DNA of 60,944 nt, filler included, from 3 parts of 3 records of this genome joined end to end with filler, not necessarily neighbours in it; one strand, 5' to 3'. Counted from the whole stretch's first letter, positions 20,373 to 30,718 are shown. Translations and numbers: made by a program. Notes: generated by a model from the letters alone, not told the origin.

Positions 20373-21135
20373 AGTATTAATAGTTGAAGATGAAATGCCA
20401 TCGGCACGTAAGTTAAATGCTCTGGTCAATAGTATTGCGCCGGATTTTGAAGTGATAGACATTCTGGAATCCGTTCAACAAACCGTGGATTTCCTAAAAT
20501 CTACTCAGGTTGATTTAATCTTTCTGGATATTCACCTGTCGGATGGAAACAGCTTTAGCATTTTTGAACAAGTTACGATAGATACGCCTATCATCTTCAC
20601 AACGGCTTTTAATCAATATGCTATAGAAGCGTTTCAACAAATGAGTATTGATTATTTATTAAAACCGTTTGAGAAAGAGCGTCTGTCGCAGGCCATTGAA
20701 AAGTTCAGAAGAATTTATAGTATTCAACAGGAGCAAAACCAGTTTGATTACCAGCAATTAACGCAGCTTATTCAATCCAACTTACAGCAGAATGAGTACC
20801 AGGAACGTTTTATGGTGCAGTACCGGGATAAAATTAAAACTGTAAAAGTAGATGACATTGCCTCGGTATATGCCGAAAACAAATCGGTATTTATTACCAC
20901 TTTTGATGGGCATAGTTACGATTTACCGAATACGCTGGAACAGTTGGAAGCAAAGCTAAATCCAAAATACTTTTTCCGAGCCAACAGAAAATGTATTGTG
21001 CATATTAAAGCTGTGAAGGATGCGGTGGTCTATTCCAAGAGTAAACTAAAAATAAACCTCGAACCGGCATTACCTTTTGATGTTATTATTTCTACGGAAA
21101 AAACACCTCGTTTTAAACAGTGGTTGAGTAAATAG
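20365..21135 (+). CDS. LytTR family response regulator
   Basis: IVEDE, FLDIHL, DYLLKP, FFRANR. Confidence 0.95.
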   Translation: MFKVLIVEDEMPSARKLNALVNSIAPDFEVIDILESVQQTVDFLKSTQVDLIFLDIHLSDGNSFSIFEQVTIDTPIIFTTAFNQYAIEAFQQMSIDYLLKPFEKERLSQAIEKFRRIYSIQQEQNQFDYQQLTQLIQSNLQQNEYQERFMVQYRDKIKTVKVDDIASVYAENKSVFITTFDGHSYDLPNTLEQLEAKLNPKYFFRANRKCIVHIKAVKDAVVYSKSKLKINLEPALPFDVIISTEKTPRFKQWLSK

Positions 21136-21342
21136 GGAGAAAGGAACAAGGAGAAGGGATGAAAGGTTAAAGGTTAAAGGACTAACAGGAAATTTGTCAT
21201 TGGCGAATAGTCATTAGTTGCTTTTAATCATCTCACTATTCTACATTGCTCTAATAGGTGGTGTATTGGAAAAATAAATATGTTCCAATCTAGATAAAAT
21301 ATACAAAATAGTCAATGACTACTAACTATTGACCAATAGCTA
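21133..21342. repeat. Degenerate heptamer tracts (AAAGGNN; TAGTCAT-like and inverted ATGACTA-like)
   Basis: aaaggaa caaggag ... taaaggt taaagga after the stop codon; tagtcat tagttgc near 21208 and atgacta ctaacta ttgacca near 21316. Confidence 0.5.
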
Positions 21343-21456
21343 GTATTTAAGCAAAATCTTTTAACAATCCTTAAGCATTCCCTGTGAGATATCTCATCCG
21401 CAAAAACAGAGGGATGAGTAACTTTGCACATTCAAAAAAAATAGTAAACAATTCAC

Positions 21457-22668
21457 ATGACCATAGAAATTACAAGCAAAAAATTTATTGCCACCATAAC
21501 CGTACTATTAGCATTATTAACTGCCATGTCGCCATTGGCTATAGATACCTATTTATCGGCCATGCCGGTGATGTCTAAATTCTTTGGCGTAGGTATTCAT
21601 AAAATAGAATTCTCTTTAACACTGTATTTTTTAGGTTTTGCGATCGGAAACTTTATTGGAGGTCCGCTTTCGGATTCCTTTGGTAGAAAAACCATTGCAC
21701 TTACCGGAATTGTCATCTATAGCACCTGTGCCTTTCTTATTCCGCAAGCCACATCCATCGAACACGTTTGGATATTACGCTTTTTGCAAGCCTTTGGAGG
21801 TGGTTTTGGTTCGGTAGTAGCCATGGTGTTTGTGAAAGACTGGTATCATGGTAAACAAGTAGCGCGCATTGGTACAATTATATCCATGATTATGATGTTG
21901 GCTCCTCTATTTGCCCCGGTAATTGGAGGTGTTTTACTGGAGTTTGGGCAATGGAAACTGATATTCTACTTTTTAGGAATTTACAGTACTATTATATTTT
22001 TACTGTTTGCTTTTGTTATGCCCGAATCACGTTCAAAGGAACATATTACACGAAAAGTGAAAGTAAATGGCTTTGTGGCTAACTACAAAACGTTCTTTAA
22101 ATCGAAAAGAGCCGTTTACATGCTAATCAGCACCAGCCTTTCGGCAGCAGCCATGTTTACTTTTATTACTTCGGCTTCTTTTATTTACATCGAATACTTT
22201 GGATACTCATCAGCATCGTTTCCTGTGTTGTTTGGAGCCAATGTAATACTAAATGTATTGCTGTCTTTTGTAAGTACACGCATGCTAAAACGCCGTGAAC
22301 CTCATCAATTACTACGTACCGGACTATTACTTCAGTTGGTTGGAGGAAGTATTATCCTGATTAGCGTATTAACAGGAAATCCAACCTTTATATGGATATT
22401 TAGCTCCATCGTTATTATTGTAGGTAGCCTTGGTATGATATTCGGAAATGGGGTAGCCATCATATTAAATGAAGTGCCTGAGATTAGCGGAGCTGCCAAT
22501 GCCTCTATTGGCGTGGTGCGTTTTATTATCAGCTTTATTATGGGCTCTATTCCTGCATTGTTTCACAGCGGAGATTTAAAACCTATTGGTATTGTTATAT
22601 TTCTTTGTATTCTGGCAGGTAATTTCTTCTATTGGCTGTTTGTGAAAACACGACCACAAACTTTTTAG
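21457..22668 (+). CDS. Bcr/CflA family multidrug MFS transporter
   Basis: PLAIDTYL, GPLSDSFGRK, LRFLQAFGG, APVIGG; TAACTTTG promoter at 21419. Confidence 0.92.
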   Translation: MTIEITSKKFIATITVLLALLTAMSPLAIDTYLSAMPVMSKFFGVGIHKIEFSLTLYFLGFAIGNFIGGPLSDSFGRKTIALTGIVIYSTCAFLIPQATSIEHVWILRFLQAFGGGFGSVVAMVFVKDWYHGKQVARIGTIISMIMMLAPLFAPVIGGVLLEFGQWKLIFYFLGIYSTIIFLLFAFVMPESRSKEHITRKVKVNGFVANYKTFFKSKRAVYMLISTSLSAAAMFTFITSASFIYIEYFGYSSASFPVLFGANVILNVLLSFVSTRMLKRREPHQLLRTGLLLQLVGGSIILISVLTGNPTFIWIFSSIVIIVGSLGMIFGNGVAIILNEVPEISGAANASIGVVRFIISFIMGSIPALFHSGDLKPIGIVIFLCILAGNFFYWLFVKTRPQTF

Positions 22669-22735
22669 GCATTCTTTATAAACGAATAACGAGGAATTCG
22701 CTTAAGTACGAATTCCTCTCATTTATTTTTTTGTA

Positions 22736-25732
22736 TTATATCTTTTTAATTACCTCTAATACCAGCGGTGGTACAGAAGGCATACCCGTGTTAGACGCTA
22801 CTTGGTTATACAATTCCGCTAATTGTACTCCATAATCCCTGCCTTTACGCATTAGTTTTAAACCTTTATGAATGGTGGAATTCTCATCACCCAAATCATA
22901 AATAAAACCTTTTAACCTGTTTTTTGATTTAGCTGGTAAGTTTTTATTTGATTTATTAGTAACTTCTAATTCTACCGCAGCTTTTTCTGCCTTATCAATA
23001 TCCTTAAGTGCTACTTCATATTCTTCTTCCTCCATTCCTCCTTTTAGTAATAGCTTTTTCTCATCCTCAAAATCTTCTTTTAGATTTTGAACCTCGCCTA
23101 ACATATTGGAGATTGACAAATTGATTGTGTTCGTGTTTGAATTACTATTATTATTATCAACATTAGTACTGATAGTAGAGTTTCCAATATTTTGTAAATT
23201 TATATTTATAGCTTCTTTACCTTTATTCATTGCTTCAAACTGTTTATTAAGTTCTTCTGTGTCAATTATAGAATCTAATAACTTACTTGTATGGATCATC
23301 TCTCCACTATTTTTACACTGTGAAAAAAATTGTTTTTTATAAGCCATTTTTTCTAGATCAGTTCGATTGTGAAAATAAGGTGTTTTAATATCAGAACACT
23401 CTATGCAAATACAAGGTATTTGTTCATCTATTACAAGATTAGGGAAAAGAATCTTTTTAATGTGGAATATTTCAGTTCGTATTTCTGCAAGCAAGTTCTT
23501 TCTTTGTAAAAGATCTCCATAAATTGATATTTCAAAAACTTCATCTCCACTTAACGTATCCTTATAATGCTCTAGCTTACCAAAACATTTCGAATCTTCC
23601 CTTAACCAGACTCCTGTTAGCCAAACGTAATCTTTCCAAATTTTATCGAATAATCGAACTATTAGACGACTAAAAAAACCAAATGGCATAAAAGGAAATT
23701 TAAAACGCAGAATATATGGAGAGTCAGCAATTATCTCAGGTTCTTTTGCAATATTATTAATTAAAACTGGGACTAAATAATTATCACTTCCTTCAACTTT
23801 GTAACAGACCTCAAAATGATCTTTTAGCAATAGGTTTAATAGGTTTGTTCTTTCTGTTACTTTATATCTTTTCTTTTTCCAAATAGAGTTTATCATTTCT
23901 TGAGAAAAACGACCTCTATTTTCACTTGTATAATGCTCTTCTTTGAAAATTTCGTAAAGCCCTTTTGTAATCCACTCCGGGTCTATAAATATAGTACTTC
24001 GTAACGATCGGTCTTCGTAATGCAAAGCATAACCTAACCAATGTAAATACTCCAAACATTGTTCTTGATGCTTGTTTTCCTCTAAACCATAGGCTTCACA
24101 TATTTTAATGAATTCATCGTATGATATGTATGACTTTTTGTCATTTTTAATATCTGTAATCGTTTTCCGTATAGGTTTCCATTTTTTGGGGATTTCTTGG
24201 TTAACTCTTGGTAAGTTTGACAAATTTTCTTGTATAGTTTGAATTAAATTTGTCCAACGGTTATCATTCTTTTTAAAATCAACGTCAATAGATGAAATGT
24301 ATAGATTAGGAAACCGATCTTTATATTCATTAATATTTAATGATTGACCAGCAGAAACTCTTTCTTTTTGATTACGAACAATAATTACAAAACTTTCTTC
24401 ACATAAACGAGTGATCATTTCGAACCAATAATCGAAACGATATTTTTCAGCACGATGGTCGCAGACAAGTATAAAAAGATTATCCTTGGCATAAAAGTAC
24501 TGATGTAAATAATTCTGTGTATCCTGTCCCCCAAAATCCCAAATTGAAGCCTTTATATCTCCTCCCTTTGTATGCTTAAATATTCTTTCTTGATTAATGT
24601 TAATCCCATGAGTAGATCCTTGTTTAGCATCAGGCACTTTAACTTTACCCTCTTTTAATTTTTTAAATAAGGTAGTTTTTCCAGCACCTGATTCACCTAC
24701 TATTATTACTCTAGCCTCATGTAAAGTTTCCGTACCCTCTTCTAACTGTTCAAAATAGTTTAGAATTGCTGTCGTTCCATTTTCCACAATGTGCATTGGA
24801 GGCTTAGTTATTGGATTATTATATAAATCTATATTTCCTCCTCCAAATATTTTAATATTGATTTGTAATCCATTTTCTATTAAAGGAACTAGAAAACTTA
24901 TATCATTCACTTTATTTTCTCTAAGATCAACATTAGTAAGCTTTGTTAACTTTTCTAAAAAACTAATACTATTAATTTGGTTTGCTCTTAAATCCAGTGA
25001 TTTCAGTTTTTTTAGATTCTGTAAAAAACTCGCATTGCTTATTCTATTAGAACTTAGAAATAAAGTTTCAAGATTAATTAGTTTTTTGAGAAAACTGATA
25101 TTGCTTATTTTATTAGAACTAAGATATAATTGAATTAAGCTATCTAGATCCTTTATGGGGCTCAAATCCTGAATATTATTTTCCCGTAAATCTAATGACG
25201 TTACACAATTTAAACTCTTAAGAAAGCTTAAATCTGAAATTCCATTTTCTCGAAGATTTAATACACTTATTTTTTTTAAATGTGAAAGGTAAGTTGTGTC
25301 ACTTATATCATTAGAGCTTAAATCTAAAGATTCCAGATTTGTTAATTTCCCAAGAAAACTTAAATCAAGTATTTGATTTGAACTTAAATCTAAGGTTGTT
25401 AACGCATTAATATAACCTAAAACACTACAATCCTTAATATGCCATTTTTGGTTATAGTTTCCTCTAATTCTTAAAGTATGTAAGTCTTTCAAATTCCTAA
25501 ACTCACTTGGCAAAACACTAATTAATATATAGTTAGTCGTACCTTTACTTTCCCAATGAACCCATTTCTTTTGTTTACTATCCCAATATTGGTTACATAT
25601 ATTTAATTCCTCCAGCCATTCTAACTCAAATAACTCTTTAGGAAAATCGGTTAATCCGCAATTTCCAAGATCCAGCTTTCCTGTTTTTTCCTGTTTTTCT
25701 TTTTCAATCAGTTCTAATGCAGCCTGGCTCAT
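22736..25732 (-). CDS. Prokaryotic Roco protein: LRR-ROC GTPase-COR, then CxC/CxxC segment, Asn-rich linker and helical C-terminal domain
   Basis: LxxLDLSSNxI repeats; GESGAGKT, STHGI, WDFGGQ, LHQYF; COR features (LH.LG..LHY, DPEW, MPFGFFSRLIVR). Confidence 0.9.
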   Translation of the reverse strand: MSQAALELIEKEKQEKTGKLDLGNCGLTDFPKELFELEWLEELNICNQYWDSKQKKWVHWESKGTTNYILISVLPSEFRNLKDLHTLRIRGNYNQKWHIKDCSVLGYINALTTLDLSSNQILDLSFLGKLTNLESLDLSSNDISDTTYLSHLKKISVLNLRENGISDLSFLKSLNCVTSLDLRENNIQDLSPIKDLDSLIQLYLSSNKISNISFLKKLINLETLFLSSNRISNASFLQNLKKLKSLDLRANQINSISFLEKLTKLTNVDLRENKVNDISFLVPLIENGLQINIKIFGGGNIDLYNNPITKPPMHIVENGTTAILNYFEQLEEGTETLHEARVIIVGESGAGKTTLFKKLKEGKVKVPDAKQGSTHGININQERIFKHTKGGDIKASIWDFGGQDTQNYLHQYFYAKDNLFILVCDHRAEKYRFDYWFEMITRLCEESFVIIVRNQKERVSAGQSLNINEYKDRFPNLYISSIDVDFKKNDNRWTNLIQTIQENLSNLPRVNQEIPKKWKPIRKTITDIKNDKKSYISYDEFIKICEAYGLEENKHQEQCLEYLHWLGYALHYEDRSLRSTIFIDPEWITKGLYEIFKEEHYTSENRGRFSQEMINSIWKKKRYKVTERTNLLNLLLKDHFEVCYKVEGSDNYLVPVLINNIAKEPEIIADSPYILRFKFPFMPFGFFSRLIVRLFDKIWKDYVWLTGVWLREDSKCFGKLEHYKDTLSGDEVFEISIYGDLLQRKNLLAEIRTEIFHIKKILFPNLVIDEQIPCICIECSDIKTPYFHNRTDLEKMAYKKQFFSQCKNSGEMIHTSKLLDSIIDTEELNKQFEAMNKGKEAININLQNIGNSTISTNVDNNNSNSNTNTINLSISNMLGEVQNLKEDFEDEKKLLLKGGMEEEEYEVALKDIDKAEKAAVELEVTNKSNKNLPAKSKNRLKGFIYDLGDENSTIHKGLKLMRKGRDYGVQLAELYNQVASNTGMPSVPPLVLEVIKKI

Positions 25733-25922
25733 GCTTGGGTTTATTTAGTTATTATTATTTACTTTAATTTGTAGCTACCATCCTTTTGTTAATTAAACGC
25801 TTGATGATAAACAAACACTACACTTCCATAAAGAAGACTTATGTTACCTGCATAAAAGTATAAAAAAGTAGGCGTAAAATGTTATGTTTTACAACAGGCA
25901 CACTGATTTAAGCTAGTTCCGT

Positions 25923-26245
25923 CTTCTAATACCACTATGCACTTTACAATATCCTTTCCTGTAAATTTTAAAGGGCAATGCAATTTGCAACAAGGCGTTT
26001 TTTATTTCGGAAAGAGCAATGCAGCCTGCAAGAGACAAATAATTAAAAATATTTGCTTCTCGTAGTCTACATCTCGTTTTCCGATTTTCAGAAAGCTTCT
26101 TGCACTGTGCAAAGCCACCTTATTTTTTTCGGAATGCTTCTCGTTGTACACATTGCCTGTTCTCTTTCTTCGGAATGCATACTACAAAGTGCATTGGGGC
26201 ATCAATATATTATACCAGATCGTTGCAGAGTGTATAGGGAAATCG
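25923..26245. repeat. Eight-unit 41-bp-period degenerate array with palindromic TGCA-N3-TGCA core
   Basis: Cores at 25938, 25979, 26020, 26061, 26101, 26142, 26183, 26224; TTCRGAA precedes four cores. Confidence 0.75.
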
Positions 26246-26497
26246 CTTTAACTTTATAATGCAATTTTATTGCTTTCTCGCATCCTTTTATTCCCTAAAG
26301 AGAGCTGTGCGGCGGGACTCTTTTAGGAGATTTAGAGGTAAGCGAAGGCAATTATGGCTTAAAAACAAATTCCCTCTCCTAAACAACAATAACAATGTGC
26401 TTAGCAAAATTAAATAGGCAGCCGTGCCATAATTTAACTTAATATGCTTATATTGTAAATGACGCTTTATTAAAATCTGCCTAATAACTAAAGTAAA

Positions 26498-27241
26498 ATG
26501 TTTGAAAAAATAGACCAAAGAGCTCTACGTAATAATGAGTTTGTTCAGTTAACCGATAACCTGACCACCATTATTGAGAAACACGATCCGGTTCAACTTC
26601 AATTTGAACCTGCCTTTACTCCTTTCAAAGAAAAATCGCTGGAACTAAGCACCTTTTTTAAACAAAGACAAGGTAGCAAAGTAACCGAAAAGCTTGCCTT
26701 ACTGGATGACAGAAGAGATACTGCCATCACTGGAATTTCATCTGCGGTAAAAACCTTTACGTATCACTTTGATCCAGACAAAAAGGCTGCTGCCCTTTTA
26801 TTATCGAGGTCACTCGATTTTTATGGTGGAAGCATTGCCCGCTTAAACTATAGTGCCGAAACCAGTACTTTAAAAGATTTAATTGAGAAATGGAAAAATG
26901 AACCTGAATTAAGCCAGTCTGTAACCACATTGGAGTTAAGCAGCTGGCTGGATGAGTTGGAACAAGCTAATAATTTATTTAACGAAGTGTTTATAGACAG
27001 AGTTGAAGATAAAGCTTCGAACCCTGGAATCAAGATCAAAGATTTAAGATCAGATATGGGAGAACTATATGTTACTTTGTTTGATCACATTAAGGCTTGT
27101 ACTATTATTTATGGCGAGGATAATTATAAAGTTCTGATTAAAGAAATAAACACCTTGCTAGAAGAATACAATACTATTTTAAATAATAGAAAAAGTAATA
27201 CGGAAGAAACTGTTGAGGAAACTTCTGAAAATATAGAATAA
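26498..27241 (+). CDS. DUF6261-like (HagB-like) all-helical protein
   Basis: LRNNEFVQ, LDDRRD.AI, LNYSAET, WLDELEQANNLF, IKEINTL pattern; acidic tail. Confidence 0.75.
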   Translation: MFEKIDQRALRNNEFVQLTDNLTTIIEKHDPVQLQFEPAFTPFKEKSLELSTFFKQRQGSKVTEKLALLDDRRDTAITGISSAVKTFTYHFDPDKKAAALLLSRSLDFYGGSIARLNYSAETSTLKDLIEKWKNEPELSQSVTTLELSSWLDELEQANNLFNEVFIDRVEDKASNPGIKIKDLRSDMGELYVTLFDHIKACTIIYGEDNYKVLIKEINTLLEEYNTILNNRKSNTEETVEETSENIE

Positions 27242-27271
27242 CATCAATTTTTAACAAGATTTTAATAAAGT

Positions 27272-27296
27272 AAAAAGAGGCCTTGGCGCCTCTTTT
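27272..27296. terminator. Bidirectional intrinsic terminator
   Basis: AAAAAGAGGC-cttggc-GCCTCTTTT. Confidence 0.8.
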
Positions 27297-27329
27297 ATAT
27301 TTTATAGATATCTATCAAGCTTAACCTAC

Positions 27330-27587
27330 TCACCCCTTCACTTTCTTTAAATCTCGGATTTTATATTTAGCAGGGTGATCAAAATCTATTTTAAGGGAAT
27401 CAAATTCTTCGTCGTTGATAAAAGGAAAGCCTTTTACTTCATCGGGAGGAAGCGGATTTTTGCCTTTATTCTTCTTATAAAAGGCTTTCATGCTTTTGCA
27501 TTCGTCGCGTTCAATAGCTACTAATATTTGTAAGGCTATATGTTCATACATTTCGTAATCACTCTTAACCAATCTAATTACTCCCAT
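27330..27587 (-). CDS. Small hypothetical protein (85 aa)
   Basis: Minus-strand TAGTTTTG promoter at 27611-27618 and a terminator downstream. Confidence 0.55.
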   Translation of the reverse strand: MGVIRLVKSDYEMYEHIALQILVAIERDECKSMKAFYKKNKGKNPLPPDEVKGFPFINDEEFDSLKIDFDHPAKYKIRDLKKVKG

Positions 27588-27727
27588 GGCATTATGCTTT
27601 AATGTGTATCCAAAACTAATATCAATTCTATAACAAACATAATAAAAAGCAAAAAGTTAACATATACATGTGTACCAAACGTTACTTTTTATATTATCTT
27701 GCGTCGCATATCACACCAATATTAAGC

Positions 27728-28384
27728 ATGAAATCTAAACTATTCCTGATTGTTCTTACAGCCTTTTTGTATTGGCTTATACAAAACTATGTACCTTATG
27801 GGGCTTATGCATTAATGCCCATAAATCTTTTCGTTACTTTTCTACATGAGCTGGGTCATGCCCTTTTTGCCTTAATAACAGGCGGGAGTGTGCACGAGGT
27901 GTATATACAATCGGATGGTGCCGGACATGCGGTAACTGCCGGAGGATTTATGCCCTTAATATTGATGGGAGGTTATATTGGCAGTGCCTTATTAGGAAAC
28001 TTGCTCTTGTTTATTGGTTTATGTAAACCCAAATCGAGTATTATCACCATGCATTTACTTATTGCTCTATTGGTATTTACGGCCATTTGGTGGTATAGCC
28101 ATTGGTTTACTTCGGCTTTATTAATTGTGATAGCCGCATTGGCATTCTGGATTAGCAAAAAGTCCAAAAACCTGGTAGCTAACTTGCTTATCATCATCGG
28201 AACGGCCAGTATTATTTATATCATTATGGATTATAATGCAGGACCATCCAGCGATTTGGCCAGATTCACTGAAATCATTCCCATATTCCCCAAAGCAGTC
28301 TGGGCCATCATCTGGCTTATTGCGGTAATGCTGATAACATGGAAAAACCTGCACTATTCTTACAAAAAGAATAAACTACTATAA
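27728..28384 (+). CDS. M50 family (M50B-like) membrane metallopeptidase
   Basis: TFLHELGHA zinc motif, GGYIG, SSD, multiple TM helices. Confidence 0.85.
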   Translation: MKSKLFLIVLTAFLYWLIQNYVPYGAYALMPINLFVTFLHELGHALFALITGGSVHEVYIQSDGAGHAVTAGGFMPLILMGGYIGSALLGNLLLFIGLCKPKSSIITMHLLIALLVFTAIWWYSHWFTSALLIVIAALAFWISKKSKNLVANLLIIIGTASIIYIIMDYNAGPSSDLARFTEIIPIFPKAVWAIIWLIAVMLITWKNLHYSYKKNKLL

Positions 28385-28486
28385 GGCATGTAGTTAAAAT
28401 TATATCTGTTTTAAATAAAGAAAGGTATATATCTGGTTCTAATCGGCCTCAGCCATTGAACCAAAAAACAAGGTTAGTTTGACGGT

Positions 28487-28586
28487 NNNNNNNNNNNNNN
28501 NNNNNNNNNNNNNNNNNNNNNNNNNNNNNNTTAATTAATTAANNNNNNNNNNNNNNNNNNNNNNNNNNNNNNNNNNNNNNNNNNNN
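28487..28586. other. Artificial contig linker
   Basis: N-run with TTAATTAATTAA (stops in all six frames). Confidence 0.99.
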
Positions 28587-28666
28587 TTCTAAGGGTTTTT
28601 AGCGAAGAGATGTACCTATAAGAAACTAAAACTTATATATCAAGATGTTTCGCTTTTATTATGAAA

Positions 28667-30478
28667 TTACTCTTCGCTAAATTGTTTGTAAACTCTTTCA
28701 ACTTCATCACGGATTTCATTAAATGCCTCTACGACTCTTGGATCGAAATGAGTGCCAATCCCCTCTTTAACGATGGAATAACTTTTTTCGAGGGAAAAAG
28801 CTTTTTTGTATGGTCGTTTTGACATTAATGCATCGAATACATCAGCTACTGCGGCAATCCTTGCTGCCAGAGGGATATCTTCCTCTTTAAGACTTCTCGG
28901 ATATCCGCTACCATCCCATTTTTCATGATGGGCATATGCAATATCAGCAGCCATTTTGAAATAATTAATATTATAGTTTGTAAATTTCTTATGCAATTTT
29001 TGCAAAATCAAACCACCGGCACCAGCGTGTGATTTCATAATTTTCCACTCGTCATCATCAAGTTTACCCGGTTTAAGTAGAACATTGTCAGGGATTGAAA
29101 CTTTTCCGATATCGTGCATTGGTGCGCTTATTAGTATGTTTTCGATAAACTCATCATCGATCTCTTCTTGAAATAATCCATTTTCTTTTAATCTCTTAGC
29201 GATTAACTGAGTATAAGTTGACATACGCAATATATGATAACCTGTTTCAGGATCTTTTGCTTCAGCCATTTTACTTAGAGCGCCGGTAATAATAGTTAAT
29301 AAATCTTTAAATAGAAAGTTTTTATAAAAAGTAAGAGACAATTTATTTTCTATAAGTTCAAGGAAATTCACGTAAGATTTTTCTATTGACTGACTATCTT
29401 TGAATGAAAAATTAACAGTTCCAAATGATACATTGTTTACTTTGATCGGAGCAATGATTGTGTTATCTACTATTGTTGTTTTTTCAAGCAGATTTAAATC
29501 AATATTCTCTTCGTTAAAATTTACTATATTACTCTCTGTAGTATTTTTTCTAATAAGCTGATTATCACTATTTTGATAAATTATCTCAAGTGATGTAAGT
29601 GGTAAGAATCTCTGAAAGTTATTTTGAATATAGTGTAATACATTATCTAAATTATTCTCCAATAAAATTTCATCTTCCAATTTGAATATTTCACTGATAC
29701 TATCCAGAAAATAATTAAAATGATCATAAAGCTCCTTAAATTCATCATCTTCTGTTCTATTGAATCGGCTTTGAATTTCTCCTTTAGACATTTTAATAAA
29801 GACTTTTTTGATGTCTAAGAAAGGTTGATAGAAATTTTTAGATATTAAATAAACTAAAACAATAAATAAAAAGCCTGAAAAAACTAAACTAAAAATTTGA
29901 ATAATATTGCTTAATTTTTGTTTAGCTCTGGATTCTTCCATACAGATAGTGACAATCATGTCAGACTCAATAATTAGTTTTTGCTGAGTAGATTTAAATT
30001 GGTCTATTATTTCATTATACTTACTTCTATTGCTTATATTTTCAGGAGCAACTAAGTAATCAATTAGAAGTTTTGAGTTTTCCCATTCAGAAATAGCTCT
30101 GTCTAAAACTTCATCGAACAGTAGTGCAAATTCAGGTCTGAATTTTAGTGTAACAATTTCTCCTCTAAAAGTATATCTTCTATCTTTTGAGTCCTGAAAT
30201 AATTGATCTACTTCATTTATATTTTCTGCAAGCTCACCTTTTATGGACTCGCATTTTTCAAGAAATTTTTCTTTGCTTAATTCGCCGATTTCCGCAACAT
30301 TGATAGTTTTAAATACAACTCGCTCAATAACTAATTTTTGTCTGCTAAGTAACTCCGTCAGCATCAAGTGTTGCTCCTGCGTATCGACTGCTAAATAACT
30401 GGTAACAGAAGTGGATACAACTGAAAAAAGCATAATAGTAAATATTAGTATTAATTTTGATGATATTTTTTTAAACAT
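28667..30478 (-). CDS. Membrane-bound HD-GYP c-di-GMP phosphodiesterase with sensor domain and HAMP
   Basis: Two TMs, HAMP-like segment, EAKDPETGYH, MHDIGK, HHEKWDGSGYP, ADVFDALMSKRPYK. Confidence 0.9.
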   Translation of the reverse strand: MFKKISSKLILIFTIMLFSVVSTSVTSYLAVDTQEQHLMLTELLSRQKLVIERVVFKTINVAEIGELSKEKFLEKCESIKGELAENINEVDQLFQDSKDRRYTFRGEIVTLKFRPEFALLFDEVLDRAISEWENSKLLIDYLVAPENISNRSKYNEIIDQFKSTQQKLIIESDMIVTICMEESRAKQKLSNIIQIFSLVFSGFLFIVLVYLISKNFYQPFLDIKKVFIKMSKGEIQSRFNRTEDDEFKELYDHFNYFLDSISEIFKLEDEILLENNLDNVLHYIQNNFQRFLPLTSLEIIYQNSDNQLIRKNTTESNIVNFNEENIDLNLLEKTTIVDNTIIAPIKVNNVSFGTVNFSFKDSQSIEKSYVNFLELIENKLSLTFYKNFLFKDLLTIITGALSKMAEAKDPETGYHILRMSTYTQLIAKRLKENGLFQEEIDDEFIENILISAPMHDIGKVSIPDNVLLKPGKLDDDEWKIMKSHAGAGGLILQKLHKKFTNYNINYFKMAADIAYAHHEKWDGSGYPRSLKEEDIPLAARIAAVADVFDALMSKRPYKKAFSLEKSYSIVKEGIGTHFDPRVVEAFNEIRDEVERVYKQFSEE

Positions 30479-30605
30479 AAGCATTTCACCTCAATAATTT
30501 TTCTATAAATATAGTTAATCCCATGATTTAATTATACTGAAATAATTACTTATTCCTTTAATAAAAAAATAAAAATCAACAGCTCATTATAAATAATTAA
30601 ACCCC

Positions 30606-30664
30606 TTGACCATATAAAAAATATGCGTTATACTAAATGATAAGACACAAAAGCAAACGTTTGC
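30606..30664 (+). promoter_or_regulatory. Sigma70 promoter with downstream LacI-family (MalR-like) operator
   Basis: TTGACC-17bp-TATACT; perfect palindrome GCAAACGTTTGC at 30653-30664. Confidence 0.8.
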
Positions 30665-30718
30665 GTTGTTGAGATTTGTTCTTATTAATTTCTTAAAAAA
30701 GTTTTTTAAAGAACTCTA

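Noticed and set aside
25923-26245. CRISPR array
   Set aside because: Units are highly degenerate, the 41-bp period is too short for repeat plus spacer, and no cas genes are present
26053-26518. Short ORFs over the 41-bp array and DUF6261 leader
   Set aside because: The repeat period is not a multiple of 3 and the translations have no protein-like features
28531-28542. TTAATTAATTAA palindrome (also at 44752)
   Set aside because: Synthetic all-frame stop linker
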